Position numbers and translations under genes: made by a program. From positions 1-64,000 of IMG/VR virus record IMGVR_UViG_3300032315_001186: a stretch of 64,000 nucleotides of DNA; one strand, given 5' to 3'. Under the pieces are notes generated by a model. The model saw only the letters and a program-made list of their open reading frames with translations, was not told the DNA's origin and did no database searches. Shown here one piece after another: positions 42,201 through 50,211 of the stretch (position 1 is its first letter; the number at the start of each line of letters is the position of its first letter). Source of the stretch: a virus.

Positions 42201-42757
42201 TTGTATCTGGAATCACCTATGCTAATTTTAGTAACATTTTGAAACAAAAAACTACAGACCCGAGAGTAAGAGCAATGGTATTCTACACCGCATACAATAA
42301 TGGACATGACGACAACCAATTTATTACGTTCAACTACGACCTAGGAGGTACCCCGTTAGGTGGATACCCAATACCAAACATAAGTTATGGCGGATTGAAT
42401 AGTTATATGTCAGATGTTTATACTTGTAAACAATTTCCAAATGGTGGTAGAGTTCCATTCGCTACCTTTGCAAGTTTTGAAAAATCAATTGAGTTTATCA
42501 AAAACTTGTATTTTACAACAAATAGTAACAATCTTTTAATACCTGATACTAAAATTGGTTATAATAATAAGTGGGTAACTGAAGCAGATTATGTTGAAAA
42601 TATGTTAAACCTTTGGGCTTACTATTGGTCAAGAAAAAGATTCCAAACTTCAGAAGATTTCCAAAAATGGAAAACGAATAATACTGATCAGACAGAAACA
42701 TTTGCAAAAGTAGGAAAGGAAGTTTATCAAAAACTTAAACAATTTAAGTTGATTTAA
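36224..42757 (+). CDS. Very large baseplate hub-like protein (gp27/VgrG-type motifs at both ends)
   Basis: N-terminal LGIESI.I..LID.HGRALF..PYPTFYLTIKGYYG; C-terminal VEALGCALIQP..YFNL..FNGAYQI.SVEH; follows the LysM gene. Confidence 0.6.
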   Translation: MADNLSRVNEDVFVVQSYDNIVLVDPNKVINQDGQVRERGIRQEDFVMYANLEAQMLPRTKLIQGQAQDDGIQTQVLASINFLRPGGKTFLDNTYTDQFTGLNSLTAEGINQPSIQQISKPNKSSEFYYTQNTINKQDTGLLGIESIAIKNTRSFTPTVDMVLIDTHGRALFEKGENSEYAFFFNLPYPTFYLTIKGYYGKAIKYQLILTKFSAAFESATGNYRITLQFYSYKYTVLAETQIGALFATPFMYASDFKITTEQSPSISASQVSVGDDKKTAINVRTTRGRQFISDVYKKYKSLGLLDPDFPEVSFPEFRAQLQSLQKNLETTFGQSDFTPLTNADEYFEILQTFRTAITDPTTESSWFRKYIDTDKLFILNQVNNKPQTQVWILNQQTRSNSQFVENALTELQQIVTKYKSVLQKNSTFGVGGTFTVEKLRYTSQIKTIEQIDASKSKDKALVQENSFVKLLNANDIDWIATYEARYKRKPLNELEWTTLRNEETQFFQTILDEALKDVKFPNYTFVFSDGVGQFEEIIYKTFGELEKQRSIVIEKLSLFLSKKIEGPNGLGFKPTMRNVMGIIFASVEAFYRLLNLVHKDAWSQRNNPLKKLACYGQGNDGVSPDIKNNNKDVNQNNLVNQEVYPWPLYLTKQIEKDGKQNYVVMYPGEQSELQRTRASDYQIWPEVQFVEEYIRGITKSYQSESQQSGNLSENDIGRIINRITVNAVEFPTSNAILSDLQDVKFLYEIYERVLLQTFWDRLSRPNAEKVGIIDSLSEMELINIRNALNSFSNPLITKLLKNTAFSSANYLQVLRNISNEGVGISWQQFIRGIFTSDYLRAKTQKDFSILSVATISSGAQNSSKDTSILKNVQEFIKSSSSNTTDLLDLYPFVDNSWVQQNLSNVNNNSSYNSTTRSLFLNDTLNYITNFQTIANTENNINRPFVNNSYLSFTEPNIVISNFPQQIGSNNFVDFNTYYTENRTLSKFAITEGSLSYNGNTGNLTPNQTVSMLNTPYFTNAFIEGVQNDRNDIQYPYLKAAYLFLNSLPLSTLREPLKDIVDVTSNVNNVSKDYLFATLTKFGAIHRLPYAWILKYGSIWHRYKKYVESGVDILDSVWKNVDVGQIYYPTTNSLQHQYVTKDLYGSGITIYAQTEILNPGSIESIQKKYVGFYPSLVNDVLFFYTGLDFLTGYTNNDLDKFVDEGLNIGATDATMREGIGFDPNFTNRYASLDFQGWFMTFNTKTSTKFNTTARNKTIVLPSFGTNYNQVKYECFKNNGTRLIMSQPILNNTAVNDGSIRFFWGAPNFGYFDNSSITKPAYNEYVNLIQPSKDNSNAFEMSNKYSNIEEIFGVFKTEILDEFETEFLNFSRSSRQFNSQELLSDDFVNRSFQQVFANCLVVDEVSKELTQTNYVNTCVTKQGKVLTEAIQKFLNYNIAFKFGNPGNFDRKLFGSVTTDDRYRVFDGYDFSPYVLGSLPGDGSGISLVQSELNNPESWKTLKTYVGFASVDGMKYSDNGSYITDFFITMNVGFTPENIQIVAPLVKIFATQKLGEPFNNYTRSDFVTEINDFYTTKNNFLNLVLNSLFNLLQKQLPQVEESTVKPLLTAIDGVQPKIELYQAFKSFNDKWIAGANFDEKTIFEEVLFLDRANRDVGDVLVDPFKLLEFFNSYASLDARVIDFVSKILVDNKFFMMPIPAYINWWGQGEVRNGVEPKSQTVEDIANNLFGIYNNVDTRDSKPAFLCYYVGNPSEHLDLNQNSNYGWRSDGFDFANQSQNSLATTNTKQNWANTNRVVGFNVDFGTRNQSIFSSINLDQNLGASTTEANKVITEMAAQAGGLRTSLGSVSLYNLYKTRSYNVRVEALGCALIQPTMYFNLRYVPMFNGAYQIQSVEHRIEAGSFKTYFEGIRMPFYSLAKIDTQLLSINNNLLSELVQQVRRLKQSSAPTTGTTNNISIVNSIQTNLRYTTAQPIFCDASIRSSELPYKNWEGTEGFVSGITYANFSNILKQKTTDPRVRAMVFYTAYNNGHDDNQFITFNYDLGGTPLGGYPIPNISYGGLNSYMSDVYTCKQFPNGGRVPFATFASFEKSIEFIKNLYFTTNSNNLLIPDTKIGYNNKWVTEADYVENMLNLWAYYWSRKRFQTSEDFQKWKTNNTDQTETFAKVGKEVYQKLKQFKLI

Positions 42758-42777
42758 TTCAATATCAATATATTTAT

Positions 42778-43017
42778 AATAAATCCACCGAAAAACCCAT
42801 CGGTTTTCAGCCGATGGGATGGAAGGTGTGAATTGACTAAAAAAAACCAAATGAAAAACATCCAAATTAAAGGATATAAACAAACATCGTCAGGAACTGA
42901 CGATTACAGACGTGGAGATGAAATAAGACCAACTATTGTTCACACAATCAATGAAGCGTCCAAAATTCTGAACTTAGTTTCAGAAACCCAACCATCTTTA
43001 GTGGTTGGGTAGTTCAA
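42778..43017 (+). mobile_element. Non-autonomous IS200/IS605-derived mini-element (copy 1) with TnpB omega-RNA-like scaffold
   Basis: Left hairpin CCCATCGG..CCGATGGG (42796-42818); right hairpin ACCCAACCA..TGGTTGGGT (42986-43010) ending GTTCAA; repeated at 54323-54552. Confidence 0.75.
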
Positions 43018-43029
43018 TGAAAAAAGATT

Positions 43030-43254
43030 ATGGAACTACAAAATATTTTAGACAATTATTTGGGTAAAAGAACGCGTTATACCCAAAAACAAGTAGCAAA
43101 TGGCTTTAGTGAGGTTTGCGATTTAGATACAGGTGACTGTTATACTGTTAGAGAAAGAGACGGATTAATTGAGAGAGTTGACAATACAATGAGAACAAAT
43201 AAAAAAATCCAAGTAGAAACATCTCACGGAATTAAACAATTATTAAATGGATAA
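43030..43254 (+). CDS. Hypothetical protein
   Basis: 74 aa ORF with CDLDTGDC. Confidence 0.65.
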   Translation: MELQNILDNYLGKRTRYTQKQVANGFSEVCDLDTGDCYTVRERDGLIERVDNTMRTNKKIQVETSHGIKQLLNG

Positions 43255-43257
43255 CAT

Positions 43258-43908
43258 ATGTCTATAGAAAAAAAAATTCTTCAAGAAATCAGACGCCATC
43301 ACCAAATTAACAAATATGTGACGGAACAAGAAGTTGCACCTGATGCAGCACCACCAATTCTAGATCCCAATGCTCCACCACTCGGTGCTACAGACCCTAT
43401 GCTTCCACAAGAGGCACCAAAACCTGAAGTTATTGATGTATCTCAAGATGACGAAGTTGAAAAAATCGGTTCTGAAGGTCAGACTGACGAAACTGAATCA
43501 GGAACCGAGGAACTTGAGATTACGGATCTAGTAAATGCTCAAAAGGATATACAAAGTAAACAAGAAGAATACTTCGATAAGATGTTTAAACAATTAGAGA
43601 CACTTCAATCAAAAGTAGGTGAAATGGATCAGTTAATTGATAAAATCAATTCGTTAGAAACAAAAGTTGAAAAATACAGACCCAAAACCGCTCAAGAAAA
43701 ATTAGAATTGAGAAGTTTGGATTCAGGCCCATTCAACCAAAAGTTGACAGATTTTTTTGATGAAAAAGAAGAAGACCTTGAAAAGTCGGGAAAAAATGAG
43801 TATATTCTGACATCAGACGAAGTAGAAAACATTGTACCATCAGAAGTTAAAAAAAGTTTTGATATTACTCTACCTACACCTGATACAAATTTCAGATCCT
43901 ATTATTGA
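43258..43908 (+). CDS. Acidic coiled-coil hypothetical protein (possible head scaffold/internal protein)
   Basis: Pro/acidic linker followed by a heptad-rich segment. Confidence 0.6.
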   Translation: MSIEKKILQEIRRHHQINKYVTEQEVAPDAAPPILDPNAPPLGATDPMLPQEAPKPEVIDVSQDDEVEKIGSEGQTDETESGTEELEITDLVNAQKDIQSKQEEYFDKMFKQLETLQSKVGEMDQLIDKINSLETKVEKYRPKTAQEKLELRSLDSGPFNQKLTDFFDEKEEDLEKSGKNEYILTSDEVENIVPSEVKKSFDITLPTPDTNFRSYY

Positions 43909-43932
43909 TTTTTTTATATTTTATCGTATATT

Positions 43933-43960
43933 AAAAGGGTTATTAAACCCTTTTTTTTTT
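43933..43960 (+). terminator. Rho-independent terminator-like hairpin
   Basis: aaaagggtt-atta-aaccc followed by T10. Confidence 0.6.
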
Positions 43961-43989
43961 ATTCACTATTTTAAATTTCTAAAAACAAC

Positions 43990-44820
43990 ATGATGAGTTC
44001 ATTAGACGCCGTTTTGGCACAGTACGAGAAAAACCATTCAGGTGATGGTTTATCTCAAGAGGAAAAAATGAAGAAATACTTCGCTTGTATCCTCCCACAA
44101 AATTCCTCAACAGGACAAAAAAGAGTACGAATTCTCCCTACCAAAGATGGTTCGTCCCCATTCAAAGAAGTTTACTACCATGAACTTCAAGTCGGTGGAA
44201 AATGGGTAAAACTGTATGACCCAGGTAAAAATGATAATGAGAGGTCTCCTTTGAACGAGCTCTACGAAGAGTTGAGGTCTACAGGAAAAGAGTCAGACAA
44301 AGAGTTGGCGAAACAATATAATTCAAGAAAGTTTTATATTGTAAAAGTCATCGATCGTGATGCTGAAGAAGAGGGTGTAAAGTTTTGGAGGTTCAAACAC
44401 AACTACAAAAATGATGGGATTCTTGATAAGATCATTCCTATTTGGAGACAAAAGGGTGATATCACAGACTCCGAAAAAGGTCGAGATTTAATTATTGAGA
44501 TGGCAAAACAAAAAACACCCAAAGGTGCGGAGTATACCGCAATCCAAACCATCATGCATGATGACCCTAACCCACTACACACTGATCCAAAAATCAAAGA
44601 AGAGTGGATTAAGGATGAACTAACGTGGAATGATGTATACTCTAAAAAACCAGTCGAGTATCTTGAAGCAATTTCAAGAGGAGAAACACCACGTTGGGAC
44701 TCTAATGCTAATAAGTACGTTTACGGAGATTCAACTGAATCACAAACAAGTATGGGCGGTGCGTCATCCTATGAAGATCCACAAATCAACGCTGAACCAG
44801 ATGAGGATCTTCCCTTCTAA
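43990..44820 (+). CDS. Single-stranded DNA-binding protein (T4 gp32-like)
   Basis: VRILP, FYIVKVIDR, VKFWRF, GRDLII; acidic tail ending DEDLPF. Confidence 0.75.
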   Translation: MMSSLDAVLAQYEKNHSGDGLSQEEKMKKYFACILPQNSSTGQKRVRILPTKDGSSPFKEVYYHELQVGGKWVKLYDPGKNDNERSPLNELYEELRSTGKESDKELAKQYNSRKFYIVKVIDRDAEEEGVKFWRFKHNYKNDGILDKIIPIWRQKGDITDSEKGRDLIIEMAKQKTPKGAEYTAIQTIMHDDPNPLHTDPKIKEEWIKDELTWNDVYSKKPVEYLEAISRGETPRWDSNANKYVYGDSTESQTSMGGASSYEDPQINAEPDEDLPF

Positions 44821-44832
44821 GATTAGAAAAAA

Positions 44833-45279
44833 ATGAAAAAAGTATACATTGCTTCAGACCACGCAGGAGTAGATTTGAAAGAACTACTTGTGAAAAGATT
44901 ACAGTCGGATGGTTTAGATGTTGAGGATCTAGGTCCTAACACCTATGATGCGGTCGACTACCCTGACTTCGCTCACAAAGTATCCAAGAAAATCTCAAAT
45001 GAACCTGAGAATTTTGGAATACTCCTGTGTGGATCTGGTAATGGTGTATCAATTACATCCAACAAATGGGCAAATGTTAGAGCGGCAGTTTGTTGGAACT
45101 CTGAGACGGCATCTCTAGCAAGGTTACACAACAATGCAAACATATTGTGTATACCTGCTAGATTCGTCTCTGTAGAAGATGCTATCGATATTTTGGATTA
45201 TTTTATGGAAACCAAATTCGAAGGTGGAAGACACGAAAGAAGAGTCAACAAAATTCACATACCAACACATTTAATTTAA
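44833..45279 (+). CDS. rpiB: Ribose-5-phosphate isomerase B
   Basis: IASDHAG, DYPD, CGSGNG, ARLHNNANIL, FEGGRHERRV. Confidence 0.95.
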   Translation: MKKVYIASDHAGVDLKELLVKRLQSDGLDVEDLGPNTYDAVDYPDFAHKVSKKISNEPENFGILLCGSGNGVSITSNKWANVRAAVCWNSETASLARLHNNANILCIPARFVSVEDAIDILDYFMETKFEGGRHERRVNKIHIPTHLI

Positions 45280-45282
45280 GTT

Positions 45283-46296
45283 ATGGCAATTAAGAAAAAA
45301 GATTTTACAGATATTAAGAAAAAGTTTTCCACATCCGCTAAATACAAGCCTCAAGAGTACTTTGATTTAGGCCGTGAATTTTTGGATGCCGTTGGCTTAC
45401 CAGGCCCAGCGATTGGTCACATCAATATGTTACTCGGTCACTCTGACACGGGAAAAACCACCGCATTAATCAAAACAGCGATTGATGCTCAAAGGAGAAA
45501 TATTCTACCCGTATTTATTATAACCGAACAGAAATGGGATTTTGGTCATGCAAAAATGATGGGTTTCGAATGTGAAGAAATTGTTGATGAGTCGACAGGT
45601 GAAATAGATTGGGAGGGGTTCTTTTTATTCAACAATAATTTTTTGTACATAGAACAAATCACAGATTATATCAATGAAATTTTGGATGCCCAGGAAAAAG
45701 GAGAAATTGATTATGATTTAGTTTTCCTTTGGGATAGTGTGGGATCGGTACCTTGTAAAATGACTTATGACGGTAAAGGTGGTAAACAACACAATGCATC
45801 TGTTCTATCTGATAAAATTGGTATGGGCATCAATCAAAGAATTTCTGGAACAAGAAAATCTGAATCAAAATTCCAAAACTCACTGGTAATTGTTGCCCAA
45901 CCTTGGGTTGAGCTTCCTGATAATCCATTTGGACAACCCAAAATCAAGAGTAAAGGTGGTGAATCTATTTGGTTAAACTCATCGATCGTATTGTTGTTTG
46001 GGAATCAAAAGGGTGCTGGTACAACTAAAATTACGGCAACCAAGGACAAGAGAACTGTCAAATTTGCATCTCGTACCAAAATTTCAGTATTGAAAAACCA
46101 CATTAATGGTTTGGGTTATGAGGATGGTAAAATCATTGTAACACCTCATGGGTTTATTTCGGGTAAAGATAGTACCGAAGAAAAAACTTCTGTTGAAAAA
46201 TACAAAAAAGAATACGCCGATTATTGGAAAGAAATTCTCGGATTGGAAGGTGATTTTACATTGAAGGAAGAAACTGAGATAGATAATGAACAATAG
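45283..46296 (+). CDS. recA: RecA/UvsX-like recombinase
   Basis: Walker A GHSDTGKT, Walker B FLWDSVG, KGG, KNH. Confidence 0.8.
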   Translation: MAIKKKDFTDIKKKFSTSAKYKPQEYFDLGREFLDAVGLPGPAIGHINMLLGHSDTGKTTALIKTAIDAQRRNILPVFIITEQKWDFGHAKMMGFECEEIVDESTGEIDWEGFFLFNNNFLYIEQITDYINEILDAQEKGEIDYDLVFLWDSVGSVPCKMTYDGKGGKQHNASVLSDKIGMGINQRISGTRKSESKFQNSLVIVAQPWVELPDNPFGQPKIKSKGGESIWLNSSIVLLFGNQKGAGTTKITATKDKRTVKFASRTKISVLKNHINGLGYEDGKIIVTPHGFISGKDSTEEKTSVEKYKKEYADYWKEILGLEGDFTLKEETEIDNEQ

Positions 46297-47303
46297 TGAA
46301 AACATTATTAATTGATGGAGATAATTTATTCAATCTCGGATTCTTTGGTGTCAGAGACTTCTTTGTTGACGGAACACACATCGGTGGATTATACCATTTC
46401 ATCGACGCCATTCGTAAACAATTGGACGAACACGATTACGACAAAGTATTTGTCGTTTGGGATGACGAACATAACTCAAGTAGGCGACGAGAAATATACC
46501 CTTACTATAAGTTAAATCGTAGAGAAAGACTGAATGAGTTCCAAAGAGAATCATTCAATATTCAAAAAAACAAAGTCCAAAATTATCTAGAGGAGTTTTT
46601 TATAAGACAACTTAAAGTTCCTTACAATGAGGGTGATGATTTAATTTCCTACTATTGTCTACACGCAGAAAAAGAAACAATTACCATTTTTTCTTCAGAT
46701 AAAGATTTACTTCAACTTTTAAATTCACGAATTAGTGTTTATTCTCCACTTCACAAAAAATATTTTTACGAAGGTGATAAAATAAAACTTGATGAAATAG
46801 AAGTTCCTCACGTTAACTTACTACTTGCTAAAATTTTATTAGGCGACAAATCTGATAATGTTTTTGGAATATTAAACTTCGGTGAAAAAACTTTGGTTAA
46901 ATTTTTTCCAGAGGTATTGGAACATCCAACAACACTTGAACATATTCTAAGTAAAACAACAGAAATATATCAAACTAAAAAATTGAAGGGTTTAGAGAAT
47001 CTGATGAGTGGTAGATGTAAGAATTCGGAAGAGGGAATGGAGTTTTTCAATAAAAGAAGAATGATTATGGATTTACACAACCCTATGATAACTGAAAATG
47101 CAAAAGAGTTGGTTCTAGAAAACATTCGAGATAATATAGACCCTGAAGGAAGAAGTTACAAAAATGTTATTCGAATGATGACACAAGATGGGTTTTTTAA
47201 GTATCTCCCTAAAACAGATGAAGGGTTTGTTGAGTTCCTTCGTCCGTTTATGAAGTTAACAAGAAAAGAAAAAAGAAAATTCAACAGAGAAGAAAAAAGT
47301 TAA
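46296..47303 (+). CDS. 5'-3' exonuclease / RNase H (PolA N-domain or T4 rnh-like)
   Basis: LLIDGDN, YKLNR, EGDDLI, SSDKDLLQL, GDKSDN; GTG start. Confidence 0.88.
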   Translation: MKTLLIDGDNLFNLGFFGVRDFFVDGTHIGGLYHFIDAIRKQLDEHDYDKVFVVWDDEHNSSRRREIYPYYKLNRRERLNEFQRESFNIQKNKVQNYLEEFFIRQLKVPYNEGDDLISYYCLHAEKETITIFSSDKDLLQLLNSRISVYSPLHKKYFYEGDKIKLDEIEVPHVNLLLAKILLGDKSDNVFGILNFGEKTLVKFFPEVLEHPTTLEHILSKTTEIYQTKKLKGLENLMSGRCKNSEEGMEFFNKRRMIMDLHNPMITENAKELVLENIRDNIDPEGRSYKNVIRMMTQDGFFKYLPKTDEGFVEFLRPFMKLTRKEKRKFNREEKS

Positions 47304-47356
47304 AAAAATTTGAAAAACCCAAAAAAACCCTTATATTTTAATAAATTCAATAAATT

Positions 47357-47806
47357 ATGAAAGAACAAGATTTAACTAAGTTAGAATTCCTTATCACATT
47401 GAATAACAATATTGTTATTCAAAGATATTTCAATGTGAAAAATTACAATCCCGTGGCTGAGAGATCACTCGAAGTTTATGATTACATGAGATATTTTGTC
47501 GAAGAGTTTCTTACGGAACAGAAAATGAGAACCACAGTTTATATGATGGATCTCGTGGATGAGATTATGGAGGATCCTACAATATTGGAGACCTCTATGA
47601 CCGATGGACCTGAAATTTTTCACTTCAAAATAATGAAAGAAAATATGACAATTTGTCATAGATCACTAGATGCAAAAATTTTTCCACCTAAAATAAGATA
47701 CACCGTAGACATACGTCAGCAAGTAAAAAGTGTACTTAAGGACCTTACTGACATTTTTGCAGCGAAAGATTTTGAGACAAATTACCTTGACTATAGTCTA
47801 GTTTGA
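47357..47806 (+). CDS. Hypothetical protein
   Basis: 149 aa ORF within the replication block. Confidence 0.65.
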   Translation: MKEQDLTKLEFLITLNNNIVIQRYFNVKNYNPVAERSLEVYDYMRYFVEEFLTEQKMRTTVYMMDLVDEIMEDPTILETSMTDGPEIFHFKIMKENMTICHRSLDAKIFPPKIRYTVDIRQQVKSVLKDLTDIFAAKDFETNYLDYSLV

Positions 47807-47837
47807 TTGTATTTATCAATACACAAAATAAAAAATT

Positions 47838-49220
47838 ATGTCGAGAAACTTTGAATATTTAGGAGAAACTTTCCAATTACAACTTATCAATCAACTTATT
47901 GTTGAGAAGGATTTTTCACACACTATTCTCGACGTATTAGAATCAACACACTTCGAAAACAAGTATTTCAAAACACTTGTTCAACTGATAAAAGAGTATT
48001 ACATCAAGTATGAATGCTCACCCTCCTTTGAAACGCTTTATCAAATTGTTAAAAGTGAATTTCCACAAGAACTGATGTTGAAGATATTGAATGACACAAT
48101 ATCAAAAATTCAAAAAGCCCCCATCGATGGTCTTGCCTTTGTACAAGAAAAAGCCCTGAAGTTCTGTAAACAACAAGAATTACAGAAAGCCATTACCAAA
48201 TCGCAAAAGATATTGGATAGTGGGGAGTTCGAAAACTACGACAAGTTAGAGGAATTGATTAAATCAGCTCTTCAGATTGGAGAAAACAACAAAAACATTG
48301 TAGATGTTTTCGATGATCTCGAGGACCTTCTTAAAGAAGATTTCAGACACCCAATTCCTATGGGTATACCTGGTATCGACAACCTATTAAAAGGTGGACT
48401 AGCAAAGGGAGAAATAGGTGTAATACTCGCTCCGACAGGGGTTGGTAAATCGACCATTCTTACTAAGATCGCAAACACAGCATTTAACTTAGGATTCAAT
48501 GTACTTCAAATATTTTTTGAGGACAACTTGAAAGTAATCCAAAGAAAACACTTCACACTTTGGACTGGAATTTCTCCCGATGACTTACCAAATCATAAAG
48601 ATGATGTAATCGCTAAAGCTGAAGAAATCCGAAACACTTCTCAAAATAATTTATACCTTAAAAAACTAGCATCAGATACATATACTATGACTCAAATCAA
48701 AAGTATGGTAAGAAAAATGATAGCGGACGGTAATCCAATTGATATGATTGTTTTGGATTATATTGATTGTGTCGTACCTGATAAAAACTTGGGAGATGAA
48801 TGGAAAAGTGAAGGTTCTGTGATGAGGGGATATGAGGCGATGTGTCATGAAATTGGTGTTGCAGGTTGGACTGCAACCCAAGGAAATAGGAGTAGTATAT
48901 CCTCTGAGATCGTAACTACCGATCAAATGGGTGGATCTATTAAGAAAGCACAAGTTGGTCACGTAATTATTACAGTTGCTAAGACCTTACAACAAAAAGA
49001 AGCGGGTCTTGCGACAATGGCCGTTACGAAGTCTAGAATAGGTAAGGATGGAGTAGTATTTGAAAATTGTAAATTTGATAATGAAATGCTCGTTATTGAT
49101 ACAGAAAATTCTGTAACTTTCTTAGGATTCGAAGAGAACAAAGAAGAAAGAAAAAGAGACAGAATTAAAGAACTTATGGAACAAAGACAACAAAGATTGT
49201 CAGAAAAAACAAACAACTAA
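47838..49220 (+). CDS. dnaB: Replicative helicase (DnaB/gp41-like)
   Basis: APTGVGKS Walker A, IVLDYID, TATQGNR, KSR.G. Confidence 0.9.
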   Translation: MSRNFEYLGETFQLQLINQLIVEKDFSHTILDVLESTHFENKYFKTLVQLIKEYYIKYECSPSFETLYQIVKSEFPQELMLKILNDTISKIQKAPIDGLAFVQEKALKFCKQQELQKAITKSQKILDSGEFENYDKLEELIKSALQIGENNKNIVDVFDDLEDLLKEDFRHPIPMGIPGIDNLLKGGLAKGEIGVILAPTGVGKSTILTKIANTAFNLGFNVLQIFFEDNLKVIQRKHFTLWTGISPDDLPNHKDDVIAKAEEIRNTSQNNLYLKKLASDTYTMTQIKSMVRKMIADGNPIDMIVLDYIDCVVPDKNLGDEWKSEGSVMRGYEAMCHEIGVAGWTATQGNRSSISSEIVTTDQMGGSIKKAQVGHVIITVAKTLQQKEAGLATMAVTKSRIGKDGVVFENCKFDNEMLVIDTENSVTFLGFEENKEERKRDRIKELMEQRQQRLSEKTNN

Positions 49221-49236
49221 TTTAAATTTAATAACT

Positions 49237-50199
49237 ATGGAAAAGATTTTACAAGAAAATCCGAATCGTTTTGTCCTATTCCCAATCCAACATGAAGATT
49301 TGTGGAAACTCTACAAACAAGCCCAATCTTGTTTTTGGACAGCTGAAGAAATTGATCTACAACAAGATCTAACTGATTGGGAAAAATTAAATGAGGGTGA
49401 AAAATATTTTGTCAAGAATGTATTGGCGTTTTTCGCCGCCTCAGACGGGATCGTAAATGAAAACCTTGCTGAAAACTTCGTAAAAGAAGTTCAGTATACT
49501 GAAGCAAAGTTTTTTTACGGGTTTCAAATCATGATGGAAAACGTTCACTCAGAAACTTACTCTCTGTTGATTGACACCTATATCAAAGATAAAGAAGAAC
49601 AAAATATATTGTTCAATGCAATAGAAACTATTCCTGCCGTTAAGAAGAAAGCGGACTGGGCACTTAAATGGATTGGATCGTCCTCCTTTACGGAAAGGTT
49701 AATTGCCTTTGCGGCAGTAGAGGGTATATTCTTTTCTGGTTCATTTTGTTCAATCTTTTGGCTTAAAAGACGTGGATTAATGCCTGGGTTGAGTTTTTCC
49801 AATGAATTAATATCTCGGGATGAGGGACTACATACCAATTTTGCGGTTCATTTGTATCGTCATCACATCCAAGACCAACTATCAAAAGAGAGAGTTTTAG
49901 AAATTCTAACCTCAGCACTTACGATTGAAAAAGAGTTTATTACCGAATCACTTCCAGTAGATTTAATCGGAATGAACTCTAAACTAATGTGTCAGTACTT
50001 GGAGTATGTTACTGATAGACTGTTAGTTGATTTGGGTATTGGTAAAGTTTATAATTCAGAAAACCCATTTGATTTTATGCAAAATATTGCATTAGAAAAC
50101 AAAACAAACTTTTTTGAAAAACGAGTATCTGATTATTCTAAACGAGGGGTGGGGGATGTAATTGAAACCAAAGAAATAAATTTTGAAGAAGATTTTTAA
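49237..50199 (+). CDS. nrdB: Ribonucleotide reductase class Ia beta subunit
   Basis: [48 protein letters not shown]. Confidence 0.96.
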   Translation: MEKILQENPNRFVLFPIQHEDLWKLYKQAQSCFWTAEEIDLQQDLTDWEKLNEGEKYFVKNVLAFFAASDGIVNENLAENFVKEVQYTEAKFFYGFQIMMENVHSETYSLLIDTYIKDKEEQNILFNAIETIPAVKKKADWALKWIGSSSFTERLIAFAAVEGIFFSGSFCSIFWLKRRGLMPGLSFSNELISRDEGLHTNFAVHLYRHHIQDQLSKERVLEILTSALTIEKEFITESLPVDLIGMNSKLMCQYLEYVTDRLLVDLGIGKVYNSENPFDFMQNIALENKTNFFEKRVSDYSKRGVGDVIETKEINFEEDF

Positions 50200-50211
50200 A
50201 AATAAAAAGTA

